Virus record (IMG/VR): IMGVR_UViG_3300022689_000070
Coordinates: 1 to 52,458 of that record
DNA from: a virus
Taxonomy: Duplodnaviria; Caudoviricetes
Strand: one strand, 5' to 3'
DNA: 52,458 bases
Part shown: positions 16,179 to 24,867 of the stretch, piece by piece
Position numbering within the stretch: position 1 is the stretch's first letter
Layout: every line of letters begins with the position of its first letter
Program-made: the position numbers and the translations under genes
The notes under the pieces: generated by a model
Database searches by the model: none
What the model was told of the DNA's origin: nothing
What the model saw: only the letters and a program-made list of their open reading frames with translations

Positions 16179-17099
16179 AGTTAAACCTGCTGTAATCGAA
16201 GCTAAATAACTGGAAGGCGAAAGCTAACCAGATGGAAGGCCCCGAAGCGACAACACATTACGGCTTATGGGAGTGAACATGAACGAAACTTTAGTAAAGT
16301 ACCTTGCGGGACTACTCGATGCGGATGGCTGTTTGTCATTTACATTCAGAAGGGACAAAAGGGATAAATCAAAATACCATCTTGGTCTACGTTGTTATTT
16401 AGGAGCATCAGACACGGTGGATATAAGCGGATTTATACCATCTTTACCCGAGCAAACTGGTCTTGGCTCCGTGTATAAACACACAGATAAACACTATGTC
16501 TGGCAAACACAAAAGGCAAACGAACTCGAACGACTTTTGCCAAGAGTGATGAAGCATATGGTTATCAAAGCCAAGCACTGGAACTGGATGTACGAAATAT
16601 GGAGAGCAAACAAGCAAAGGTCTTACGGTGAAAGCTATATAACCGAGGACGAAATGGAGCAGTTAAAAGCCGCTTCAAAAACATCAAGGTCTGTTAATGC
16701 GGGTCCATTGAAACCTAAAAAACATCCAACATGGGCTTGGGTATCAGGGTATTTAGATGGGGACGGGTGGTATTTACACAGAAACCCGTCTAAGCATCGT
16801 TACGGTATGCACGTAGGTGCTACAGCACACAAGAACGACAAAGTTGGTCTTGAGTTATTACTAAAGGCATTCGGAGGCAAGATTAAAGTACACAATCAAT
16901 CAGACAACGTGCTGATATGGGAGCGTAGTTTAAGCAATGCCAATCGATCATTCGCTCTTCGGTTTTTGCCGAAGGTAGCAAAACACTCAAAGCTAAAGCG
17001 ACACAAGATTGAAATCATGATTTACCACCACCAGCAACGACTGAGTGCTTCGACATCTAAGGATGATGCGACAGTCTGACAATGTATTTACATTGATTG
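16179..17099 (+). mobile_element. Group I intron in the major capsid gene
   Basis: P3 TCGAAGC(16196)/GCTTCGA(17047), P4-P5 CTGG..GGC-GAAA-GCT..CCAG, P7 GACTG(17039)/CAGTC(17072), P8 CATC/GATG, P9 CAATGT/ACATTG, terminal G; in-frame TAA at 16182. Confidence 0.85.
16279..17079 (+). CDS. Intron-encoded double-motif LAGLIDADG homing endonuclease
   Basis: YLAGLLDADG and WVSGYLDGDG motifs; GGGAG RBS; ORF runs through the intron core. Confidence 0.92.
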   Translation: MNETLVKYLAGLLDADGCLSFTFRRDKRDKSKYHLGLRCYLGASDTVDISGFIPSLPEQTGLGSVYKHTDKHYVWQTQKANELERLLPRVMKHMVIKAKHWNWMYEIWRANKQRSYGESYITEDEMEQLKAASKTSRSVNAGPLKPKKHPTWAWVSGYLDGDGWYLHRNPSKHRYGMHVGATAHKNDKVGLELLLKAFGGKIKVHNQSDNVLIWERSLSNANRSFALRFLPKVAKHSKLKRHKIEIMIYHHQQRLSASTSKDDATV

Positions 17100-17915
17100 G
17101 AATTTATTGCTGGCTTCGAGCAGCACCAGAGTTTGGTTCGTGATTCGGTTACCAATGAAGCGGTAATCAAGGGCAATCAGGCAACCTTTCTGGTAGCTGA
17201 CTCAGGTGGTGCGACCGCTGTTACTCGAGGTGTAAACGGCCTCATTCCAGCACGCGCTGATAACAACACTCAATCGACTGCTACCCTGCAGGAATGGCAT
17301 GACTTGGTCCGAAAGACCAACTTCAACATTTTTGCATCTCAGGGCAACCAGCGTGAGATCATGCAGAAGACCACCATGGCCGTGGTTAACCGTAAGATTG
17401 ACGATGACATCATCACCGTCTTGAATACGGCTACCAACGACACTGGTGCTGCAGCCACTGCTTCACTTCAGATGGTGATCCATGCTCAGACGATTCTGGG
17501 TAATAACGATGTTCCTTATGACGGTCAAATCTATGGTTTGATTACCCCTGCTTTCTTGGGCCGCTTGCAGATGGTCAAAGAGTTCGCGTCCGCTGACTAT
17601 GTCAAGAAGGCGCCTCTCGATGGTGATCAGGCTCAGTGGCGTGATGCTCCGGGCTACTACGTCTGGAACGGCGTTATGTGGATTGTACATCCGAACCTGC
17701 CGGGTAAAGGTACCAACGCTGAAAAGTGTTTCTTGTACCACCGCTCAGCTGTCGGTCACGCAGTCAACACTGACGGTATGGAGTGTCCTATTGGTTACGA
17801 CGAAGAGCAGGCTTATAGCTGGTGTCGTTGTTCCGTTGATATGGGCACAGTCTTGTTACAGAACTCAGGTGTCGCCGTGATGAATCACGACGGTAGTGGG
17901 TTCGCAGCTTCTTAA
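17100..17915 (+). CDS. Major capsid protein, exon 2 (spliced product about 283 aa)
   Basis: EFIAGFEQ..NRKIDDDII..EFASADYV..FLYHRSAVGHA; no RBS before the track's TTG start. Confidence 0.88.
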   Translation, partial: EFIAGFEQHQSLVRDSVTNEAVIKGNQATFLVADSGGATAVTRGVNGLIPARADNNTQSTATLQEWHDLVRKTNFNIFASQGNQREIMQKTTMAVVNRKIDDDIITVLNTATNDTGAAATASLQMVIHAQTILGNNDVPYDGQIYGLITPAFLGRLQMVKEFASADYVKKAPLDGDQAQWRDAPGYYVWNGVMWIVHPNLPGKGTNAEKCFLYHRSAVGHAVNTDGMECPIGYDEEQAYSWCRCSVDMGTVLLQNSGVAVMNHDGSGFAAS

Positions 17916-17929
17916 GGGAGGGTTAAAGA

Positions 17930-18184
17930 ATGGCTTATTCAACTTCAAACTCACCCGCTAAGATTGCGGAGGCTGTTAACGGCGCCGGTTCCGTCTGGAT
18001 TTACAAAGACGGCGACGCTATTGCAGCCATCGACGCTACCGATTATTTCTCCAACGCTGGTGATCTCGGTATGCAGACAGGCGACGTCCTGATTGTCATT
18101 GGTAACAATCTGACCTCTATCGGTCAGATGACAATCGATGCTGACGGTAACGGCACTGTCTCCGCGTTGACGGCTTTCCCGTAA
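17930..18184 (+). CDS. Small capsid decoration/cement-like protein
   Basis: 84 aa directly after the capsid gene, strong GGGAGG RBS, followed by a terminator. Confidence 0.7.
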   Translation: MAYSTSNSPAKIAEAVNGAGSVWIYKDGDAIAAIDATDYFSNAGDLGMQTGDVLIVIGNNLTSIGQMTIDADGNGTVSALTAFP

Positions 18185-18201
18185 GTTGTAGCGGTATAAA
18201 C

Positions 18202-18228
18202 AGGGGCCGGTCTATACTGGCCCCTTTT
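18202..18228 (+). terminator. Rho-independent terminator after the head genes
   Basis: AGGGGCCGGT-CTAT-ACTGGCCCCT followed by TTT. Confidence 0.7.
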
Positions 18229-18247
18229 ACCCAACTGGAGAAAGTCC

Positions 18248-18718
18248 ATGGCCGAAGCCGCAAAAGAGATAGAAGAAAAGAAACCTGTTCAAGGTTTAAC
18301 CCGTATTCGCTGGGCCACAGCGGAAACCAAACGAAACGTCTTTCAAGCATTAACTGCACCTGAAGCAACTCTTGAAGACGTACTCAAACCAGAATATTTT
18401 TCCAATGTCGTGCGTGACATTAAGGCCTTCGACAAGATCGAGGTACTGAATGAAACCGGTGCGTGGTATGCCGAGCTGCTTGTGATTTACAAGCTGGGCG
18501 GACAGATGCGATTACACGTACTGAACAAGGTGGACATCGAAGTGCCTGAGCTTCCTGTTACTGACATTGGTGGCCTGAAGATCGAGTGGGGAGGTCCTGC
18601 TCACAAGTATCGCGTTATCAATCCTGCGGACAACAACAGCGTGCTTAAGAAAGGGTTTGCTACCCGGGACGAGGCCCATGCTTGGACGCAGCAACACTTG
18701 CGTAACTTAGGAAAATAA
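18248..18718 (+). CDS. Hypothetical protein in the structural module
   Basis: 156 aa, GGAG RBS. Confidence 0.75.
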   Translation: MAEAAKEIEEKKPVQGLTRIRWATAETKRNVFQALTAPEATLEDVLKPEYFSNVVRDIKAFDKIEVLNETGAWYAELLVIYKLGGQMRLHVLNKVDIEVPELPVTDIGGLKIEWGGPAHKYRVINPADNNSVLKKGFATRDEAHAWTQQHLRNLGK

Positions 18719-18720
18719 TC

Positions 18721-19362
18721 ATGGCAGCAGCTACACAGTTATCGTTATACAACGGTGCCCTGCGTGCGCTCGGGCAGACGAAGCTCTCTTCTTTATCCGA
18801 AGACCGCGAAGCGCGTTATGTTCTCGATGACGAGTGGGCTGATGATCCTATCAAGGCTTGCTTGGAAATGGGGCTGTGGAACTTTGCTATGGCCTCTGTT
18901 TCCATCACCCAAAACGTATCCGAGACACCTCTGTTTGGTTACACGTATGCGTTCGACAAGCCGGCCAACTGGGTGAGGACAGCAGCTGTTTGTTACGACG
19001 AGTATTTCAAGACACCGAATCTGGAATACAACGATGAGACTGTATTCTATTTCGCCAACGTCACGCCCATCTACGTCCAGTATATCAGCGACGACGTTGA
19101 CTACGGTCGTGACTACAGTATCTGGCCGGAATCATTTCGCACCTTTGTTCATCACTACCTTGCGTGGAAGATATGCCCGACCCTGATTAAGAACAGCAGC
19201 GAAAGAGATGTGATCTTCGAGCTTTACAAGGAAGCGCGATCGGAAGCAAAGAACCGGGATGCGATGAACGAGGCAACACGCTTTCCGCCTCAAGGCACTT
19301 GGACCCGGGGGCGTCGCGGTGGTAGTCGAGACCGCGGCAATCGCGGCTCACTGTTAGGATGA
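18721..19362 (+). CDS. Tail tubular protein A / adaptor (T7 gp11-like)
   Basis: YNGALRALG..WNFA..YAFDKP..HYLAWKIC pattern and synteny. Confidence 0.8.
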   Translation: MAAATQLSLYNGALRALGQTKLSSLSEDREARYVLDDEWADDPIKACLEMGLWNFAMASVSITQNVSETPLFGYTYAFDKPANWVRTAAVCYDEYFKTPNLEYNDETVFYFANVTPIYVQYISDDVDYGRDYSIWPESFRTFVHHYLAWKICPTLIKNSSERDVIFELYKEARSEAKNRDAMNEATRFPPQGTWTRGRRGGSRDRGNRGSLLG

Positions 19363-19366
19363 GGGA

Positions 19367-22195
19367 ATGGGACAGACTAATGCACCGATATACGCACTTA
19401 ACAGGGGACTAATCAGCGAAGACGCACTTGCTCGATCAGACCTTGATAGGCTCGCTTTCTCTGCTGTTAAGCATCGCAACTGGATGCCCAAAGAACTGGG
19501 TGCCACATCCATCCGACCCGGCACCGAGTACATAGGCGCGACTGACTCCAACAACGTCGCCTTTTTCCTGCCGTTTATTTTCTCAACAACAGACACCGCG
19601 CTGATTGAACTCACTGATCAGACTATGCGGATATGGGATGATGATTCTCTGGTAGAGAACGCAACCGTCACCGCGTCGATCACTAACGGTGGTTTTAATA
19701 CTAACTTGTCTGGCTGGACCGACGACGACGACGCTGGTGGCACATCCGACTTTAAGACCGGTGGCTTCATGCGATTGGTGGGTAATGGCACAGCGGCTGC
19801 ACGACGCTATCAGGAAGTCACTGTTAACGAGACTGGCACACAGCACGCTGTTCGCATTGTGATTGAGCGTGGACCGGTGAATGTGCGTATCGGCTCCACT
19901 GCCGGTGATGATGACTTCTTCTCGGAAGCGGAGCTGGGCACAGGCACTCATTCAATTGCTATTGAGCCAAGCGGCAACTTCTTTATTCAGTTCGAGAGCT
20001 TCACTATTTACGAAAAGCTGGTGGACTCTGTTGCTATTGAATCATCCGGCCCGGTATCCATCCCGGCCCCATGGGCAGAAGCGGACCTGTCACTGATACG
20101 CTTTGACCAGTCAGGCGATGTTGTCTTTGTCTGCTGTGATGGCTACAAGATCCGCAAGATAGAAAGACGCTCGAACAACTCATGGTCCGTCGTGGAATAC
20201 GACACCAATGACGGCCCTTTCAGGGTAGGAAATACGACAGCCACGACTCTGGCAGCAGACGCAACAACCGGCGAAGTGACGGTTACCTCTTCAGCTCCAT
20301 TGTTTGAAAGCACGCATGCCGACGCGCTTTTTAAACTGACATCATCCGGCCAGAACGTAACCGCTTCCATCACAGCTCAGGATAACTTCACTGCCAGTAT
20401 TCGAGTAGCGGGTACCGGTGGACAGCGACAGTTTGGTTTAACGATTACTGGACTGACCGGAACCGGTTCAGAAGTGACCCTGCAGTATTCCATCGATGAA
20501 GGCTCTACGTGGATTGATTACTCAGGCTACACGGCTAACGCCTCAACCAATATTACTGACGGTCTTGACAATCAAGTTATCCTGTATCGCATTGGTGTGA
20601 AGTCAGGTGATTATACAGCCGGAACCATCGTACCCACGCTCACGTACTCTTCAGGTACGCAGACAGGCGTTGTACGCATCAGGAGTGTTACGAATAGCCA
20701 GTCAGCTGAAGCTTCCGTCCTGACGGAACTGGGAAGCACTGACGCTACTTCTGTGTGGTCGGAAGGGGCATGGTCTCCAATACGTGGTTATCCAACCTCG
20801 GTGCGGATCTACGAATCACGTCTGGTCTTCGCAGGCCGCGACAATATCTGGGCTTCTATCACTGACGTGTTCGACTCGTTCGATGAGGACTTCGAGGGCG
20901 ATGCTGCACCGATTAACAGAACCATTGGTGCCGGCCCGGTGGATGTCATCAACTGGCTTGAGGATGGCGACTGGCTGGTAGCCGGCTCACAGGGTGCAGA
21001 GCTTTCTATTCGTTCCACCAATGACCGGGAACCACTGACCACGGCCAACTTCAACATTAAGCGCCCCTCTACTCACGGTACCGGCGCAGTCGATGCGGTG
21101 AAGGTAGACAACTCGATTGTGTACGCCAACAGGACGGCGCGTGAAATCTATGACCTATCGTTCAGTATTGAACGTAATGACAAGGCCTCAGCTGAGTTGA
21201 CCGTTCATGTACCTGAAGTATGCGGCACCGGCATCACTAAGATGGCCGTGCAACGTGACCCGGATACCCGCATTCACATGGTGCGAGGTGACGGTATCGC
21301 TGTAGTCCTGCTGTTCAACAAGACTGAGAACGTGTTGGCCTTCACCGAGATTGAGACGGATGGGTTTGTGGAGGACGTGGTTATCATACCGGGCGCCACT
21401 GAGGACAGCGTTTACTACGTGGTAAAGAGAACCATCAACTCATCCACTGTTCGCTATCTTGAGAAGTGGTCCACCGAGGACAGCTGCATTTCATTCACTA
21501 CTGAATACGAAGGTGACTCTATTACCAGTATCACGGACCTCGATTACTTTGACGACGTGGAAGTAACTGTGCGCGACTCAGATGGCGCGAAGATAGAAAA
21601 CCTGACGGTCACAGCTGGCACCATCACACTCTCATCGGCAGCAACATATGCTCACATCACCCCGTCAATTTGCAAGCATGTGGATTCAAGCATCACCATT
21701 AGCCAAGCTTCCAGCACATCCGTATCTGGACTTGACCATCTCGAAGGCGAAACAGTCTACGTCTGGGCAGATGGAGCGGATGCGGGTTCGTATACCGTTT
21801 CCTCCGGTGCCATCACACTGGCCACAGCTGCAGAAGAGATTGTGGTCGGACTGTATTTCAAGGCGGATTGGAAATCAGTTGTATTAGCCTACGGTGCGAA
21901 CATGGGCACAGCAATGAACATGCGTAAGGACCTGACCGACCTCGGCCTGACATTAACGAAGACACACCACGAAGGCCTGAAGGTAGGCCCCAACTTTCAA
22001 ACCCTGCGAACTATCCAACAGGTGATAGATGGTAAAACAGTAGTGCCTGAAACGGTCCATCGTTTCCTTCATCAGGACATGATGGCCATAGCCAAGATCG
22101 CAAAAGCGGACCAGCGCCTTTGTATGCGTGCGGAGTCTCCAAAACCCTGCACTGTTGCCGGTCTCACTCTGGGGTTGGATGTGTATGAGCGTTGA
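19367..22195 (+). CDS. Tail tubular protein B / nozzle (T7 gp12-like)
   Basis: 942 aa beta-rich; NRGLIS..RSDL..RPGTEY, QSGDV, GYPTSV..ESRLVFAG, GLDHLEGETV. Confidence 0.85.
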   Translation: MGQTNAPIYALNRGLISEDALARSDLDRLAFSAVKHRNWMPKELGATSIRPGTEYIGATDSNNVAFFLPFIFSTTDTALIELTDQTMRIWDDDSLVENATVTASITNGGFNTNLSGWTDDDDAGGTSDFKTGGFMRLVGNGTAAARRYQEVTVNETGTQHAVRIVIERGPVNVRIGSTAGDDDFFSEAELGTGTHSIAIEPSGNFFIQFESFTIYEKLVDSVAIESSGPVSIPAPWAEADLSLIRFDQSGDVVFVCCDGYKIRKIERRSNNSWSVVEYDTNDGPFRVGNTTATTLAADATTGEVTVTSSAPLFESTHADALFKLTSSGQNVTASITAQDNFTASIRVAGTGGQRQFGLTITGLTGTGSEVTLQYSIDEGSTWIDYSGYTANASTNITDGLDNQVILYRIGVKSGDYTAGTIVPTLTYSSGTQTGVVRIRSVTNSQSAEASVLTELGSTDATSVWSEGAWSPIRGYPTSVRIYESRLVFAGRDNIWASITDVFDSFDEDFEGDAAPINRTIGAGPVDVINWLEDGDWLVAGSQGAELSIRSTNDREPLTTANFNIKRPSTHGTGAVDAVKVDNSIVYANRTAREIYDLSFSIERNDKASAELTVHVPEVCGTGITKMAVQRDPDTRIHMVRGDGIAVVLLFNKTENVLAFTEIETDGFVEDVVIIPGATEDSVYYVVKRTINSSTVRYLEKWSTEDSCISFTTEYEGDSITSITDLDYFDDVEVTVRDSDGAKIENLTVTAGTITLSSAATYAHITPSICKHVDSSITISQASSTSVSGLDHLEGETVYVWADGADAGSYTVSSGAITLATAAEEIVVGLYFKADWKSVVLAYGANMGTAMNMRKDLTDLGLTLTKTHHEGLKVGPNFQTLRTIQQVIDGKTVVPETVHRFLHQDMMAIAKIAKADQRLCMRAESPKPCTVAGLTLGLDVYER

Positions 22196-22544
22196 GATAC
22201 GAGACACGACAAAAGAAGATTGGGTTGAGCGGTTTAAGCATGAGCCTCATTTCAGCTTTCGTGGCATCACTATTGTTGATGATGGTCGTATTGTATGTGT
22301 GGGTGGAGTCACTTATCAGGGCATGCCGTATGCGTTCATGGACTGGGACGAAGACTACCCGAAGAAAAAAGTGCTTGTGGCAGCTTCCAAGCGATTTTTC
22401 GATAAAGTGAAAGAGTCTCATAAATTTATGTACGCAATTGCAAAAGACAAAGAAGTGGCTCCAGTGTTCTTGAAGCACTTCGGTTTTGAATATCATCACA
22501 CCGAGCTGAATGGCGAGGAAGTTTTTTTCTGGAGGGGAATGTAA
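22185..22544 (+). CDS. GNAT-fold virion assembly protein (T7 gp13-like position)
   Basis: VCVGGV..FLKHFGF; start at ATG 22185. Confidence 0.6.
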   Translation: MSVEIRDTTKEDWVERFKHEPHFSFRGITIVDDGRIVCVGGVTYQGMPYAFMDWDEDYPKKKVLVAASKRFFDKVKESHKFMYAIAKDKEVAPVFLKHFGFEYHHTELNGEEVFFWRGM

Positions 22545-23098
22545 TGGTGCCATGGCCTTTAATTGCAGCGGGTGTATCCACCGGCATGAGCATGATGGCG
22601 GAGTCCAACGCAGGCGACCTTGAGCAGGAAGGCTTGCGACAGGAGGGTCTCGCCAGACAAAACGTCGCGGAATGGAATGCCAGAGCGAACGAGCTTGAAG
22701 CGATACAGATGGACCGGCAGGCGAACATGTCCCGGGCCTCATCTCAACGTCAGGCCATGGAGATCCGTAGACAGAAGCGTCTAGCTATCTCCCGGGCCAT
22801 GGCAGTCGCTGGCGCATCAGGCGGTGGCGGTGTATCTGAGGATGCGGGTCTGGTCACTGAATTGGCTCGCATGTCCGAGATGTACGAATACGAAGCAGCG
22901 GGTGCAATCTTTGAAGGTGAAGAGCAAGCACTCAGCTTTGAAGACAATGCGGCGATGAAGAGAATGGCTGCAGGTATTGAGCGTTACGAAGGCAACGTGG
23001 CAAAGACCAACACGACGAATGCAGCCAGAGCCTCCAGCCTGAAGACCGCATCAAACATATTTAGCAAGGGGGCCAGCTTCGGCATGGCAATGGCGTAA
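22544..23098 (+). CDS. Internal virion/ejection protein (T7 gp14-like)
   Basis: Hydrophobic N-terminus, Ala/Gln-rich coiled coil, AVAGASG motif. Confidence 0.75.
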   Translation: MVPWPLIAAGVSTGMSMMAESNAGDLEQEGLRQEGLARQNVAEWNARANELEAIQMDRQANMSRASSQRQAMEIRRQKRLAISRAMAVAGASGGGGVSEDAGLVTELARMSEMYEYEAAGAIFEGEEQALSFEDNAAMKRMAAGIERYEGNVAKTNTTNAARASSLKTASNIFSKGASFGMAMA

Positions 23099-24867
23099 TG
23101 ACTAAGATACCTACATCATCCGATTTACAACGGACCACGCCCCAGTCAGGGAAGTCCATCGCTGCCGTTCCTCGCAGACAGTATGCCGGTGAAGGTCAGG
23201 GCGCACAGCAAATGGCTCAAGCCGTTCGCGGTGTAGGCAACGAGTTGTCTGAACTGGGTCTCGACTTTGTAGCGCTTGATAAAAAACGGAAGGAAAGAGA
23301 GAACCGTCTGCAGGTCACAAAGGCAAAAGCTTATTGGCAGCAGGAAGACATGCGTGCCCGGGCTGACCTGAGTCAGGATCAGGACTACAAAACATACGGC
23401 ACTCGCTACGAAGAGCGTATGAAGGAAGCGCGTGAAGTGGCACTGGGTATGGTCGACGACGAATACTCAAGCAACATCCTCGCTGAAGAGTTCAACACTG
23501 ACCTGACCCGTGGCTCTGTGACCATGCTTAAGAACTCACTGGAGAAGGAAGCCGAGGTGGGCCGCGCTGACATCGAGGACCAGTACGAACAGATCCTTGA
23601 GAACGCCAAACTGGCTGAAACAACAGCAGACAAAATGAACATCCTTTCCAATCTTGATCTGGTGTTGAGCGCCGGCAGGAAGAACGGATACATCAGTGCC
23701 GAGAAGGAAGAAGAAATGCTGGACAGGGGTAAAGAGTCCTTTGCTGACACGATGTACATTGCACTATCTCCTGAAGAGCAGCTTGATGTGCTTGCGAAAG
23801 AAGGCAACAACGGCCACTGGATAAACTACATACCAGCAGAGCGACGTGCTGCGTTAAAGGTTGCTGCTGAGAAAGCGGTCAAGGCTGAGAGCGAAGCCAA
23901 CGAAACAGACCGTCTCAAAGGTGAGGCTATACAGGAAGTCCTTTCCATGAAGGGAAGAGACATGACGCCGGAAGAGATGCAGGCTGAAGCCGAGCGTAAG
24001 TACGCCACGAGCGACCCGAAGAAATTCCTGTATCTGGAGTCACGCATCGCAGTACATAAAGCCCAAACCGAAGAAGCAGAAATTGATGCGGCTAACGACA
24101 CGTTTGACAAGTGGAGCAAGACCTTTACTCTCAACAAGAAAGATGAAACCTTTCTGAGCGAAGAAGGTGAAGCCGAATATTTCACGTTTGAAGACATTCC
24201 CAGTGCGGACCTCGAGATGATGAATGAAGCGCAGATACAGAACCTGCAAGCACTATCACAGGAAAAGGTCCTTGCGCGATCTGCTCCCGCTTACGATGAC
24301 CGCGCTAACAAGAATATGTTGATGAACAAAGTTAAGCAGGCAGAAGAGGGGCATATAAGGTGGGCCGAGGTCGCTAAATATTATGGCGAAATATCTGCAT
24401 CACTCACTGTAAAAACCCGGGAAGAGTATGACCAGATACTAATGGAAAAATCGGTACCTGCTAGGTTTGAAAGCGAATATGACGCCAATCAGCAGCTGGA
24501 AGCGAAGCTTGAATACATGAACATCAATGATGAAAACATCAACAACATCAAGCGCAACATGAATGACTGGCAGCGTCGTTACTATGAACAGAAAGGTGAA
24601 GCGCCATCTGAAAAGGTCTTGCAAGAGTACGTGGACGGTTTGTTTATACGTTACGATGCTCCGGGCTTAGGCCGCGACGAGTACGTTTACATGGATCCGA
24701 CTGTTGATCCTCGTACCGCACTATCTGTTTTCAGCGCGCATAAGAGAGCAAACAATAACGAGGAACCATCCGAAGAGCAGATGAAGATGTACATGGATCA
24801 GTACAAGCGAGAGGGCCGGGTGCAACTGGTTAAACCAAAAGAGCGAACCATAAAAGGTGGACGTTAA
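23098..24867 (+). CDS. Internal virion/ejection protein (T7 gp15-like)
   Basis: 589 aa helical protein, MTKIPT start, synteny. Confidence 0.7.
   Translation: MTKIPTSSDLQRTTPQSGKSIAAVPRRQYAGEGQGAQQMAQAVRGVGNELSELGLDFVALDKKRKERENRLQVTKAKAYWQQEDMRARADLSQDQDYKTYGTRYEERMKEAREVALGMVDDEYSSNILAEEFNTDLTRGSVTMLKNSLEKEAEVGRADIEDQYEQILENAKLAETTADKMNILSNLDLVLSAGRKNGYISAEKEEEMLDRGKESFADTMYIALSPEEQLDVLAKEGNNGHWINYIPAERRAALKVAAEKAVKAESEANETDRLKGEAIQEVLSMKGRDMTPEEMQAEAERKYATSDPKKFLYLESRIAVHKAQTEEAEIDAANDTFDKWSKTFTLNKKDETFLSEEGEAEYFTFEDIPSADLEMMNEAQIQNLQALSQEKVLARSAPAYDDRANKNMLMNKVKQAEEGHIRWAEVAKYYGEISASLTVKTREEYDQILMEKSVPARFESEYDANQQLEAKLEYMNINDENINNIKRNMNDWQRRYYEQKGEAPSEKVLQEYVDGLFIRYDAPGLGRDEYVYMDPTVDPRTALSVFSAHKRANNNEEPSEEQMKMYMDQYKREGRVQLVKPKERTIKGGR

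Noticed and set aside
17097-17099. TTG start for the capsid protein as given in the ORF track
   Set aside because: No RBS; the TTG is the 3' end of the intron and the real start is 16143
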